Assembly (NCBI GenBank): GCA_037138535.1
Contig: JBAXIG010000001.1
Span: 1-55,069, forward strand
Source of the DNA: Actinomycetes bacterium
GTDB taxonomy: Bacteria > Actinomycetota > Actinomycetes > Nanopelagicales > Nanopelagicaceae
DNA length: 55,069 bases
Direction: 5' to 3'
Each line of letters opens with the position of its first letter. Position 1 is the stretch's first letter. Both the position numbers and the translations under genes were made by a program. Positions 27,327-36,663 of the stretch are shown piece after piece. The notes below the pieces were generated by a model. The model was given only the letters and a program-made list of their open reading frames with translations, was not told where the DNA came from and made no database searches.

Positions 27327-27812
27327 TTAGCGCTTGCTGTATTGCGAACGCTTACGGGCTTTCTTTAAGCCGTACTTCTTGCGCTCAATCGCACGAGGAT
27401 CGCGAGTGAGGAAGCCAGCCTTCTTAAGTGATGGACGATGCGCCTCAGTATCGATCTCATTGAGTGCGCGTGAGATTCCAAGACGAAGTGCACCGGCTTG
27501 ACCCGAAATACCGCCACCATGAATGCGAGCGTGCACGTCGTAAGTGCCATCGGCACCCACGGTACGAAAAGGCTCGGAGACGAGTTGTTGGTGAACCTTG
27601 TTGGGGAAGTAGTTGTCGAGGGTGCGACCGTTGATGGTCCAACGACCAGTGCCGGGAACGATGCGCACGCGAGCAACAGCTTCTTTACGACGACCGGTGC
27701 CGCCGCCAGGAGCGGTCAGGGCTGGACGGTTCGTGGCAGCAGAAGGAGTGCTGGTGGTGTATGAAGAAGGAGCGTTCTCTTCTAGGTCGTCGATTTCGAT
27801 CTCGTTCGTCAC
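27327..27812 (-). CDS. rpsI: 30S ribosomal protein S9 (with an N-terminal extension)
   Basis: The C-terminal [24 protein letters not shown] is the S9 signature. Follows rplM. Confidence 0.97.
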   Translation of the reverse strand: MTNEIEIDDLEENAPSSYTTSTPSAATNRPALTAPGGGTGRRKEAVARVRIVPGTGRWTINGRTLDNYFPNKVHQQLVSEPFRTVGADGTYDVHARIHGGGISGQAGALRLGISRALNEIDTEAHRPSLKKAGFLTRDPRAIERKKYGLKKARKRSQYSKR

Positions 27813-27821
27813 TATTTATCC

Positions 27822-28271
27822 TCAGTTCACTTGCGAAACTTGATTAAATGTATATGGCTGTGGAGATTGTGCAGTGTGTGGGTGATTCGGACCTGCGTAC
27901 ACCTTCAACTTGGAACCCATGTGACGGCCGAGTGAGCTCTTAGGGAGCATTCCCTTGATTGCCTTCTCGAGTGCACGTACTGGGTTCTGAACAAGGAGGT
28001 CGCGATACTTCACCGAAGTAAGACCACCTGGGAAACCAGAGTGATGATGCGCCATCTTTTGGTTGAGCTTGTTACCGCTCATCGCAATCTTTTCTGCGTT
28101 GATAACAATGACAAAGTCGCCCATGTCCATGTGTGCTGCGACGGTGGGCTTGTGCTTGCCACGAAGAAGGACAGCAGCGTGCGTGGCAAGGCGACCGAGA
28201 ATGACATCGGTTGCATCAATAACATGCCACTGACGATCGATATCGCCAGGCTTGGGGCTAAACGTGCGCAC
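27822..28271 (-). CDS. rplM: 50S ribosomal protein L13
   Basis: [20 protein letters not shown]-terminus. GTG start. Confidence 0.97.
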   Translation of the reverse strand: MRTFSPKPGDIDRQWHVIDATDVILGRLATHAAVLLRGKHKPTVAAHMDMGDFVIVINAEKIAMSGNKLNQKMAHHHSGFPGGLTSVKYRDLLVQNPVRALEKAIKGMLPKSSLGRHMGSKLKVYAGPNHPHTAQSPQPYTFNQVSQVN

Positions 28272-28426
28272 GCCGAACCTCTTCTTTCAGATCTAGTGCT
28301 GGAACCTGATCTCACGAACCTGTCCGAAAAAGACACAGTCCGCAAGAGTGGAGCCATGGCCCCGTTCGGGGACCGACGTGCAAGATTACCCGCGCTGGAG
28401 GGAACGGGTCAAAGCGGGCGAGTTGG

Positions 28427-30028
28427 CTACCAGGCTTCCCAGACCGGCTCCGGGCTCTCCCGGACTACCCCGTCCTCTCCAAAGACCAGAAAGCGGTCAA
28501 ATGAACGAGCAAACCAGCGATCGTGGGTGACCGCTACTACTGTCCCCTCGAAGCCCTCGAGGCCATCTTCGAGCGCCTCAGCGCTCGCCAAATCGAGGTT
28601 ATCCGTGGGTTCATCCAGTAGCAGGAGGGTAGAGCCTTCAAGCTCAAGCAGGAGAATCTGGAAACGGGCGGCCTGGCCGCCAGAGAGGGATTCAAAGCGC
28701 TGCTCCCCTTGTTGGTCTAATTCATATCGGCGCAGTACCGACATCGCTGGGCCAAGCTGAAGTGAATGAAGCTCCCAGAGGAGGGCAATCAAGCTCTTGC
28801 CAACAAATTCTGGATGCGCATGGGTCTGCGCAAAGAGACCAGGTTGCACGCGAGCACCTAGCCGACAAGTGCCGGTGTGTGACACGCCCTCTCCCCCCAG
28901 CAGTCGTAGGAAGTGGCTCTTTCCGGAACCGTTTGCTCCCAGCACCGCTACCCGATCCCCAAAGAAGATTTCGCCATCGAATGGCTTCGTTAAATTAGTA
29001 AGTGAAAATTTCTCCATGGTGACTGCTCGCACCCCAGTACGTCCGCCGCGCAGTCGCACGCGCACATTCTGCTCCGGTGGCGGAGGCGCGGGTTGACCAG
29101 CTTCTTCAAATTTTCTCAGGCGTGTTTGCATGGCGTGATACTTGCTAGCCATTGCGGGGCTGTTTGATGCCTGAATCTGCAATGTCCGAACCAGATCTTC
29201 AAGACGTTGGTGCTCCTCTTCCCAACGAGCCACGGAATCAGCTAGCCGCGCGTTGCGGGCTTTACGCGCATCGTGCCACGTACCAAAGCCTTCTCCATGA
29301 ATCCATACCGAGCTTCCGTTGTTGCCTTGCTCGAGAGTGACGATGCGCTTTGCCGTGCGTCCTAACAATTCACGATCATGTGTGATGAAGAAAATTGTTT
29401 TGCGGCTCTCGTTGATTTGTTCTTCTAACCAACGTTTTCCCGGAACATCTAAGTAGTTATCTGGCTCATCAAGTAAGAGAACTTCTTCTGGACCACGAAG
29501 CAATGCTTCAAGTACTAAACGTTTTTGTTCACCACCTGAGAGCGTACTTACTAGACGGTGCGAAACTTCATCGAAAGGTTTACCGAGGGCAGCCATGGCA
29601 CAGAGATCCCAGGTAACTTCGGCATCGTAGCCACCAATATCACCCCAATCTGAAATGGCTTGGGCATACGCCATCTGATCGCTCTCAGTGTGCGATTCTG
29701 ACATCTTCTTTTCGGTGGCATCCATGCGAAGTGCCCCATCGCGAATGGGCAGTGGAGAAATCGAAATGAGCAGATCCCGCACAGTGCTCTCATCGCGAAT
29801 GGATCCGATGAACTGACGCATCACACCAAGCCCACCGGAGCGAGCAATGGCGCCAAGTTCTGGAACGATATCGCCAGCAATCAAGCGAAAGAGTGTGGTC
29901 TTGCCCGCACCATTGGGTCCCACAAGAGCTGCCTTGACGCCATCGCCGACCCGAAAGGAAACATCACTTAAAAGAATGCGTCCGTCGGAGAGCATGTAGG
30001 TAACACCGCTGACATCAATGTGACCCAT
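28427..30028 (-). CDS. ABC-F family ATPase (two NBDs, no transmembrane domain)
   Basis: I chose the ATG at 30028 (MGHIDVSGVTY...). Two Walker A motifs (GPNGAGKTT, GANGSGKSH), two signatures (LSGGEQ, LSGGQA), two Walker B motifs (LLLDEPD, LLLLDEPT), and an Arg/Glu-rich helical linker between the NBDs. The ORF-track start at 30118 lies inside truA. Confidence 0.88.
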   Translation of the reverse strand: MGHIDVSGVTYMLSDGRILLSDVSFRVGDGVKAALVGPNGAGKTTLFRLIAGDIVPELGAIARSGGLGVMRQFIGSIRDESTVRDLLISISPLPIRDGALRMDATEKKMSESHTESDQMAYAQAISDWGDIGGYDAEVTWDLCAMAALGKPFDEVSHRLVSTLSGGEQKRLVLEALLRGPEEVLLLDEPDNYLDVPGKRWLEEQINESRKTIFFITHDRELLGRTAKRIVTLEQGNNGSSVWIHGEGFGTWHDARKARNARLADSVARWEEEHQRLEDLVRTLQIQASNSPAMASKYHAMQTRLRKFEEAGQPAPPPPEQNVRVRLRGGRTGVRAVTMEKFSLTNLTKPFDGEIFFGDRVAVLGANGSGKSHFLRLLGGEGVSHTGTCRLGARVQPGLFAQTHAHPEFVGKSLIALLWELHSLQLGPAMSVLRRYELDQQGEQRFESLSGGQAARFQILLLELEGSTLLLLDEPTDNLDLASAEALEDGLEGFEGTVVAVTHDRWFARSFDRFLVFGEDGVVRESPEPVWEAW

Positions 30029-30881
30029 GGACCGACTCTCGATAATCCGGACGTTGACGTCTCTTTTTAGTGTCAGCCGCACGTGCGGCCAATTCCGCTT
30101 GGGAAGGGTAGCGCACATGCTCCAACGTCAGCCCATGAGGCGGGAGTACCGGCACATCACTTGCGCGTTCGGAGGCATTGAGCATCGACGCTGGCCAGTC
30201 AATGGGTTTACGACCTTCCCCAACCGCGGTCAACGCACCCATCAATGAGCGAACCATCGAATGACAGAACGCATCGGCTGTGACGGTGGCACAGAGGTAT
30301 TCAGCGGTACGCTCCCAAGTAAATGATTGAATAGTTCGAATCGTGGTAGCAAATTCACGGCGACGACAGAAGCCAGTGAAATCGTGCTCGCCTAAAAGTA
30401 AATTACTTGCTTGCTCCATAGCAACGTGATCAAGGCGATCCGGCCAAGAGAGCACGCTCTTGCGATTGAGCGGCAGCGGGCCAACAGCCCCATCTGCAAT
30501 GCGATACGAGTACGTGCGTGCCAATGCACTAAAGCGTGCATCAAAGTCTTTATCAGCCACCTGCACTGCTAATACTCGAACATCTTCCGCCAGTGCGCGA
30601 TTGAGACGATAAAGACCTTGCGCCTCTATCGCTCGCCACTTATTTTCTGGCACATCCATGTGGGCAACTTGACCGCGTGCGTGTACGCCCGAATCTGTCC
30701 TACCGGCACAGGTAAGCGGCGTCTCTGCAAAGAAGATAAACCCAAAGATTCTTTCCAATTCGCCCTGAACGGTGCGCAATTTTTCTTGCTTTGCCCAGCC
30801 ATTGAAATATTCACCGTCGTAGGAAATATCTAGGCGCAAACGAATGAGCCCACCATTACTGATGGGCTCATCGTTATTCAT
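30015..30881 (-). CDS. truA: tRNA pseudouridine(38-40) synthase
   Basis: 288-aa ORF. GWAKQ..., the AGRTDSGVHA catalytic Asp motif, and its position after rplQ. Confidence 0.93.
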   Translation of the reverse strand: MNNDEPISNGGLIRLRLDISYDGEYFNGWAKQEKLRTVQGELERIFGFIFFAETPLTCAGRTDSGVHARGQVAHMDVPENKWRAIEAQGLYRLNRALAEDVRVLAVQVADKDFDARFSALARTYSYRIADGAVGPLPLNRKSVLSWPDRLDHVAMEQASNLLLGEHDFTGFCRRREFATTIRTIQSFTWERTAEYLCATVTADAFCHSMVRSLMGALTAVGEGRKPIDWPASMLNASERASDVPVLPPHGLTLEHVRYPSQAELAARAADTKKRRQRPDYRESVHGSH

Positions 30882-30907
30882 ATCTAAACGCTAGAACGAG
30901 TGAAGAA

Positions 30908-31438
30908 CTACTTGCTCTTGGCGGCAGCTTTCTTTGCTGGGGCCTTCTTAGCTGCAGCCTTCTTGGCCGGAGCCGCGTCATCAGCCTTCTTAGCAGCAGC
31001 CTTCTTGGCCGGAGCCTTCTTAGCAGCAGCCTTAGCAGCAGTGGCAGTTGCTTCGCCGACGACAGCCTTTTTACCAGGCGTGCCCTCGACAAGTACTTCG
31101 ATGATGGCCATCGGGGCGTTGTCACCCTTGCGTGGACCAATCTTCGTAATACGGGTGTAACCACCATCGCGCTCAGCGAAACGTGGGCCAATCTCAGTGA
31201 AGAGAGTGTGCACGACGCCCTTGCTGCGAATAACTGTCATCACGCGACGACGAGAGGCGAGATCGCCCTTCTTCGCAAAGGTGATCATCTTTTCGGCGAG
31301 CGGACGCACGCGCTTTGCTTTGGTCTCAGTCGTGGTGATGCGACCATGCTCGAAGAGTTGACTTGCGAGATTCGCAAGAATCATCTTCTCGTGAGCAGGA
31401 CCGCCACCGAGGCGAGGACCTTTAGTTGGAGTTGGCAT
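30908..31438 (-). CDS. rplQ: 50S ribosomal protein L17 with a Lys/Ala-rich C-terminal extension
   Basis: [19 protein letters not shown]-terminus. A 47-aa tail follows: [47 protein letters not shown]. Confidence 0.96.
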   Translation of the reverse strand: MPTPTKGPRLGGGPAHEKMILANLASQLFEHGRITTTETKAKRVRPLAEKMITFAKKGDLASRRRVMTVIRSKGVVHTLFTEIGPRFAERDGGYTRITKIGPRKGDNAPMAIIEVLVEGTPGKKAVVGEATATAAKAAAKKAPAKKAAAKKADDAAPAKKAAAKKAPAKKAAAKSK

Positions 31439-31450
31439 CTATCTCTCTCC

Positions 31451-32491
31451 CTAGTACTGCTGGTCTTCGATGATGACCGGCGGAATTTCAGTGGGGTCGT
31501 AATCGAAATCCGCGTCATCGTCATATGTGACAACAAGCGAGCGATCGAATCCGGCCGGGCTGTCCTTCAGTGCAAGACCCATTGAGATGAGCTTGGCCTT
31601 TACTTCATCGATGGACTTCGAACCGAAGTTACGAATATCGAGAAGGTCAGCTTCGCTACGTCCGACGAGTTCGCCGACAGTGTGTACACCTTCGCGCTTG
31701 AGGCAGTTGTATGAACGAACCGTGAGCTCAAGATCTTCGATCGGGAGCGCAAGATCTGCGGCAAGTGCGGCATCTGATGGTGATGGACCGAGGTCAATAC
31801 CTTCAGCATCGAGATTAAGTTCGCGGGCTAAGCCGAAGAGCTCAACCAAAGTCCTGCCTGCCGATGCCATTGCGTCGCGAGGAGAGATGCTCTCCTTGGA
31901 CTCAACATCAACCACAAGCCGGTCAAAGTCAGTGCGTTGTTCCACGCGAGTAGCTTCTACCTTGTAGGTAACGCGAAGAACTGGTGAGTAGATGGAGTCG
32001 ACTGGAATGCGGCCGATTTCTGCACCGAGTTGCTTGTTTTGCACTGCAGTCACATATCCACGACCGCGCTCAACAGTGAGCTCAATCTCTAACTTGCCTT
32101 TGCCGTTAAGCGTAGCGAGGTGGAGATTCGGGTTATGAACTTCAACGCCAGCAGGTGGCGCAATATCTGCAGCAGTAACAACGCCAGGACCTTGCTTGCG
32201 CAAGTACATGACGACGGGCTCATCGTGTTCGCTCGAGATAACTAGACCCTTGATGTTCAGCACAAGGTCAGTGATGTCTTCTTTGACACCAGGGATTGTG
32301 GTGAACTCGTGCAAGATTCCCTCAACCCGAATGCTGGTTACTGCAGCACCTGGAATTGATGAGAGAAGCGTGCGGCGGAGAGAGTTTCCGAGCGTGTATC
32401 CGAATCCTGGCTCGAGAGGCTCAATGATGAACCGTGAGCGTGATTCGCTTACTACCTCTTCAGAGAGGATGGGGCGTTGTGCGATCAGCAC
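31451..32491 (-). CDS. rpoA: DNA-directed RNA polymerase subunit alpha
   Basis: 346-aa [23 protein letters not shown] and the C-terminal [15 protein letters not shown]. Confidence 0.98.
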   Translation of the reverse strand: MLIAQRPILSEEVVSESRSRFIIEPLEPGFGYTLGNSLRRTLLSSIPGAAVTSIRVEGILHEFTTIPGVKEDITDLVLNIKGLVISSEHDEPVVMYLRKQGPGVVTAADIAPPAGVEVHNPNLHLATLNGKGKLEIELTVERGRGYVTAVQNKQLGAEIGRIPVDSIYSPVLRVTYKVEATRVEQRTDFDRLVVDVESKESISPRDAMASAGRTLVELFGLARELNLDAEGIDLGPSPSDAALAADLALPIEDLELTVRSYNCLKREGVHTVGELVGRSEADLLDIRNFGSKSIDEVKAKLISMGLALKDSPAGFDRSLVVTYDDDADFDYDPTEIPPVIIEDQQY

Positions 32492-32552
32492 TGTTATTCC
32501 TCCACTTGTTCGGGGCGACCGTTATTTGAAGCCCGTGTTGATTTGGTGGTGA

Positions 32553-33179
32553 TTACTTCGAGTAAAGCTCGACGATAAGTTGCTCTTGCACCTGGGTGTC
32601 AATGATCTGACGAGCAGGAAGCGAGTGCACGAGAATGCGCATTCTTGATCCGACAACTTCTAGCCAAGCTGGCACGGTCTTCTCGCCGATTTCAGCTTGC
32701 GCAATAAGAAAGGGAGTCATTTCAAGAGATGACGGACGCACGTCAATGACATCCGCTTCAGAGACACGGAAAGAAGGAATATCTACCTTCTGACCGTTGA
32801 CCAAGAAGTGACCATGCTTGACGAGCTGGCGTGCCATGTCGCGGCTCTTTGCAAAGCCAGCGCGGTAGACCACGTTGTCGAGGCGAGTCTCAAGAATGCG
32901 GAGCAGGTTCTCGCCTGTCTTGCCTTGACGACGGTTTGCCTCTTCGTAGTAGCCACGAAATTGCTTTTCGAGCACACCGTAGATGCGAGCACACTTTTGC
33001 TTCTCGCGCATCTGAAGGAGGTACTCAGAATCCTTGCTACGGCCACGTCCATGTTGCCCCGGAGGGTATGGGCGTGACTCAATTGGACACTTTGGTCCAT
33101 CGCACTTAGAGCCCTTGAGGAAGAGTTTGACCTTCTCTCGACGGCAACGCTTGCAATCTGCGCCTGTATAACGAGCCAT
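32553..33179 (-). CDS. rpsD: 30S ribosomal protein S4
   Basis: [24 protein letters not shown]-terminus. Confidence 0.97.
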   Translation of the reverse strand: MARYTGADCKRCRREKVKLFLKGSKCDGPKCPIESRPYPPGQHGRGRSKDSEYLLQMREKQKCARIYGVLEKQFRGYYEEANRRQGKTGENLLRILETRLDNVVYRAGFAKSRDMARQLVKHGHFLVNGQKVDIPSFRVSEADVIDVRPSSLEMTPFLIAQAEIGEKTVPAWLEVVGSRMRILVHSLPARQIIDTQVQEQLIVELYSK

Positions 33180-33199
33180 TTATTTATCTCTCTTCGACA

Positions 33200-33607
33200 T
33201 CAAACGCGTCGGCGCTTGGGAGGACGGCAACCGTTGTGAGGTTGTGGAGTTACATCGGAGATGGAACCCACTTCCAGCCCAGCGGCCTGAAGGGAACGAA
33301 TAGCCGTCTCGCGACCCGAACCGGGACCTTTGACGAATACATCTACTTTGCGCATGCCGTGCTCTTGCGCGCGACGTGCTGCGGCTTCGGCTGCAAGTTG
33401 GGCAGCGAATGGGGTCGACTTGCGTGAACCCTTGAAGCCCACTTGACCAGCTGAAGCCCATGCGATGACCGCGCCCGTAGGGTCGGTAATCGAAACGATA
33501 GTGTTGTTGAAGGTGCTCTTGATGTGGGCATGCCCGTGAGCAACATTCTTCTTCTCTTTGCGACGCACCTTGACTTTGCCAGGTGCCTGCTTTGATTTTG
33601 GTGGCAT
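33200..33607 (-). CDS. rpsK: 30S ribosomal protein S11
   Basis: [15 protein letters not shown] and the C-terminal [16 protein letters not shown]. Confidence 0.97.
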   Translation of the reverse strand: MPPKSKQAPGKVKVRRKEKKNVAHGHAHIKSTFNNTIVSITDPTGAVIAWASAGQVGFKGSRKSTPFAAQLAAEAAARRAQEHGMRKVDVFVKGPGSGRETAIRSLQAAGLEVGSISDVTPQPHNGCRPPKRRRV

Positions 33608-33612
33608 ATCTC

Positions 33613-33990
33613 CTACTTCGTGACTTTCTTCTTGCCGGCGATAGCGCGGCGAGGACCTTTACGAGTACGGGCGTTGGTGTGGGTGCGTTGTCCGCGGACA
33701 GGAAGGCCGCGACGGTGACGGATTCCTTGGTAGCAACCGATTTCAACTTTGCGGCGAATGTCAGCTGCAACTTCGCGGCGCAAATCGCCTTCGATTTTGT
33801 AATTGCCCTCGATGAATTCACGGAGTTTGGCAAGCTCTGGCTCACCGAGATCCTTCACACGAGTATTTGGATTGACACCGGTAGCGCCGAGAATTTTCTG
33901 CGAGCGCGTACGGCCGATGCCGAATATGTATGTGAGTGCGATTTCAACGCGCTTATCACGCGGAAGATCGACACCGACGAGACGTGCCAT
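33613..33990 (-). CDS. rpsM: 30S ribosomal protein S13
   Basis: I chose the internal ATG at 33990 ([26 protein letters not shown]), the canonical S13 N-terminus. The ORF track extends to 34029. Confidence 0.95.
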   Translation of the reverse strand: MARLVGVDLPRDKRVEIALTYIFGIGRTRSQKILGATGVNPNTRVKDLGEPELAKLREFIEGNYKIEGDLRREVAADIRRKVEIGCYQGIRHRRGLPVRGQRTHTNARTRKGPRRAIAGKKKVTK

Positions 33991-34152
33991 AGGGCGGGTT
34001 CCTTTGCTAATCCGGAGGTCCTCCGCCACTCGTCTCTACCCGCCCGGGTGGAGTCTCGACCTCCGGGCCGAGAGTCTTCGCTTTCACGAAGTTGAATGAC
34101 GCGTATCTAGTTTTCGGTAGTGCAGGTGGTGCGATCGATAAAGGTGTTTCTG

Positions 34153-34266
34153 CTATCCCTGACGTTGCTTATGACGAAGGTTTTCGCAAATGACCATAAC
34201 TCGACCGTGACGGCGAATTACTTTGCACTTGTCGCAAATCTTCTTCACGCTTGGTTTTACCTTCAT
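34153..34266 (-). CDS. rpmJ: 50S ribosomal protein L36 (zinc-binding form)
   Basis: Below the ORF-track size cutoff. Manual translation gives [37 protein letters not shown]. Confidence 0.95.
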   Translation of the reverse strand: MKVKPSVKKICDKCKVIRRHGRVMVICENLRHKQRQG

Positions 34267-34284
34267 CGCTCCTCTTTCGACCGG

Positions 34285-34506
34285 CTACTTGTATCGGTAG
34301 ACGATGCGACCTCGGGTGAGGTCATACGGACTTAATTCCACAACTACGCGATCCTCTGGAAGAATGCGAATATAGTGCTGACGCATCTTCCCGCTAATGT
34401 GCGCGAGGACTTTGTGGCCGTTTGCTAACTCCACACGGAACATGGCATTTGGCAGCGCTTCCGAGACTGTGCCTTCAATTTCGATGGCACCATCCTTCTT
34501 CGACAC
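34285..34506 (-). CDS. infA: Translation initiation factor IF-1
   Basis: A GTG start at 34506 gives a 73-aa product, (M)[41 protein letters not shown]...YRYK. GGAAGGGGA SD upstream. The ORF-track extension to 34725 is not IF-1-like. Confidence 0.95.
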   Translation of the reverse strand: MSKKDGAIEIEGTVSEALPNAMFRVELANGHKVLAHISGKMRQHYIRILPEDRVVVELSPYDLTRGRIVYRYK

Positions 34507-34561
34507 CCAATCCCCTTCCCGTTCGGCACCCCAGGCTAAAACGCCTGTGGCACAAGGGTTG

Positions 34562-34590
34562 AGTCTACGTGGGAGGGCTGGAAGTGAAAA
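34562..34590 (-). promoter_or_regulatory. Candidate infA promoter
   Basis: On the minus strand: -35 TTTTCA (34590-34585), 17-nt spacer, -10 TAGACT (34567-34562). Confidence 0.3.
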
Positions 34591-34619
34591 ATCGGCCGGG
34601 TGAGTCGTAGGATTACCCC

Positions 34620-35216
34620 ATGAGCGAAAATCCAGCGAATCCAACGAATCCAGCAAATCCGGGGAATCCGGGGAATCCAGCAAATCAGGGTGGCCAGACT
34701 CCTCCTCCCGGTTGGTGGCAGGCATGGGATGGAAAGTGGTACCCCGCCACCGTCCGGCCAGAAGCGATCCCGGGACCTGCTAGCCAAGCCCAACAAGCCC
34801 CACAAGCCCAGCCACTCGCTCAACCACTTGCTCAGCCACTTCCTGGAGCTTCGTTCCCTCAGCAATTCACCCCGCCCGCGCCCTATATCCCACCTGGCTA
34901 CCCGATGGCTCCGATGGGCGCCGGTCCATATGGCGCGCCATTGCCGGTGAGCGGTGGCACCAATGGCATGTCTATCGCGGCACTTGTGCTCGGAGTTCTC
35001 TGGATCTACGGCGTCGGATCGATCCTCTCGTTGATCTTTGGCTACATTTCACTCGGCCAGATCAAGCGCGACCCACGTCAAAAGGGCAAGGGCATGGCGA
35101 TTGCTGGGGTGGTTCTCGGTTGGGTTGGCGTAGTGGGCGCCGTTATCGTCATCGCCCTCATTGTCTATGCAGCCCAAAATAGCGACCTCAGCACCTACGA
35201 CGACTACAGCTACTAA
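34620..35216 (+). CDS. DUF4190-type small membrane protein with a Pro/Asn/Gln-rich repetitive N-terminus
   Basis: 198-aa ORF. (NPx)7 repeat, W-rich [12 protein letters not shown] motif (DUF2510-like), [13 protein letters not shown] repeat, then two hydrophobic helices flanking [13 protein letters not shown] (DUF4190-like). One of only two plus-strand genes in the window. Confidence 0.8.
   Translation: MSENPANPTNPANPGNPGNPANQGGQTPPPGWWQAWDGKWYPATVRPEAIPGPASQAQQAPQAQPLAQPLAQPLPGASFPQQFTPPAPYIPPGYPMAPMGAGPYGAPLPVSGGTNGMSIAALVLGVLWIYGVGSILSLIFGYISLGQIKRDPRQKGKGMAIAGVVLGWVGVVGAVIVIALIVYAAQNSDLSTYDDYSY
34629..34691 (+). repeat. 9-bp tandem repeat x7 (AATCCNNNN) encoding (N-P-x)7
   Basis: aatccagcg aatccaacg aatccagca aatccgggg aatccgggg aatccagca aatcagggt. 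Confidence 0.9.
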
Positions 35217-36010
35217 GCCTTAAGTTCACTCTCTCCACCATCAAGGCTGGTAAGTGCCCATGGCGTGCCATCGGGTCGCAAGGTGAAAGTCTCTTCCCAA
35301 TGCGCCCCGCGCGAACCGTCTGTAGAAACAACTGTCCATTCATCCTCCAGGGTCCGCATGCGATGAGTGCCGCGAGTAATCATCGGCTCAACAGCTAGGG
35401 CCAACCCCAGTACTAACTTGGATCCTCGTCCGGCCTTACCAAAATTGGGCACGTGCGGGTCTTGATGCATCTCGGTGCCGATGCCGTGGCCGGTGTACTC
35501 CTCGAGAATTCCGTAGCGCACCTTGCGCACTTTCTCCGAAGCCACGATAGAGCGCTCGACGGCATGACCAATATCGGAAACATGTCCGCCAATGCGCGCA
35601 GCACCGATACCGGCCCACAGTGATTTTCGGCAATCTTCGATTAGCGCCACATCCTCTTGTGCCATTTTCCCTACGCCTATGGTGAACGCAGCATCCCCAT
35701 GCCACCCGTTAAGAATGGCTCCGCAATCAATGGAGACCACATCGCCATCTTGAATCACGCGCTCGCCCGGAATGCCATGTACTACTTCTTCATTGATGGA
35801 GACGCAGATACTGCACGGGAAGCCGTAATAACCTTTGAAGGAAGGAATTGCGCCAGACTTGCGAATATGTTCCTCAGCAATGACGTCCAATTCGATCGTG
35901 CGCATTCCTACTCTCACACTTTCGCGTAATAGTGCGAGCGTTTCCCCCACGATAACGCCAGCACGGCGCATTAATTGAATTTCTTCTTGGGTCTTGATCT
36001 GGATAGTCAT
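35213..36010 (-). CDS. map: Type I methionine aminopeptidase
   Basis: 265-aa ORF. Metal-ligand blocks DGDVVSIDCG, GHGIG and EPMI. Confidence 0.95.
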   Translation of the reverse strand: MTIQIKTQEEIQLMRRAGVIVGETLALLRESVRVGMRTIELDVIAEEHIRKSGAIPSFKGYYGFPCSICVSINEEVVHGIPGERVIQDGDVVSIDCGAILNGWHGDAAFTIGVGKMAQEDVALIEDCRKSLWAGIGAARIGGHVSDIGHAVERSIVASEKVRKVRYGILEEYTGHGIGTEMHQDPHVPNFGKAGRGSKLVLGLALAVEPMITRGTHRMRTLEDEWTVVSTDGSRGAHWEETFTLRPDGTPWALTSLDGGESELKA

Positions 36011-36012
36011 GA

Positions 36013-36663
36013 TTAGCGGTGCGCAAGCAGCGCGTTAATCGCACGGCTGGTCACTTCCTCCACGGCCCCCATCGCGCTAATTGAAACTAGAAGAGATCGA
36101 GTGCGGTAGAAATTAATAATCGGTTCGGTCTGCTCGCGATAAACCTCAAGACGACGAGTAATAACTTCTTCTTTATCGTCCTCGCGTTGATAAATTTCAC
36201 CACCGCAACCATCACAGATGGCCACATCTTTGGTGGGATCAGAATCAATATGCCAAATACGGCCACAGTTACGGCAGACCCGTCGACCTGAGAGACGTCG
36301 GATGATTTCATTTTCGTCAACGGTGAGTTCAAGCGCGGCATCAATGGGTGTACCCGCGTTTTCCACAATCTCTGCCAAGACTTCTGATTGCACCACATTG
36401 CGCGGAAAACCATCAAGCAAGAAACCATTTTTGGTATCTGCATGAGTAAGTCGATCAGCAACCATCGCATTCGTTACGGAATCTGGCACAAGTTCACCCT
36501 TGTCCATGTAACCCTTAGCTTCAACCCCGAGCGGCGTACCGGACTTTAGGTTGGCACGAAAAATATCACCTGTGGAGATGTGCGGAATAGCAAAGTGCCC
36601 GGCGAGGAATTGTGCTTGCGTTCCTTTACCAGCGCCCGGCGGACCCACCAGGATGAGGCGCAT
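36013..36663 (-). CDS. adk: Adenylate kinase (Cys4 zinc-lid form)
   Basis: MRLILVGPPGAGKGTQA P-loop. Lid CRNCGRIWH...CDGCGG. Confidence 0.97.
   Translation of the reverse strand: MRLILVGPPGAGKGTQAQFLAGHFAIPHISTGDIFRANLKSGTPLGVEAKGYMDKGELVPDSVTNAMVADRLTHADTKNGFLLDGFPRNVVQSEVLAEIVENAGTPIDAALELTVDENEIIRRLSGRRVCRNCGRIWHIDSDPTKDVAICDGCGGEIYQREDDKEEVITRRLEVYREQTEPIINFYRTRSLLVSISAMGAVEEVTSRAINALLAHR

Noticed and set aside
28041-28760. 239-aa plus-strand ORF spanning the rplM 5' end, the leader and the ABC-F 3' end
   Set aside because: It is antisense to two confidently called genes. Its Ser/Arg/Pro-rich low-complexity translation suggests it is spurious.
30874-31191. 105-aa minus-strand and 86-aa plus-strand ORFs with LLRRL or AAFLAG repeats
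   Set aside because: These are off-frame and antisense readings of the L17 AKKA-repeat tail, so they are low-complexity artefacts.
33180-33845. 221-aa minus-strand ORF overlapping rpsK and rpsM in another frame
   Set aside because: The S11 and S13 frames are unambiguous. This is an alternate-frame artefact.
34548-34563. TGGCAC-N5-TTGAG, close to the sigma-54 promoter consensus TGGCAC-N5-TTGCA, upstream of the DUF4190 gene
   Set aside because: Sigma-54 is generally absent from Actinomycetota. The last position of the -12 element deviates. No enhancer-binding protein is nearby. This is probably a chance match.
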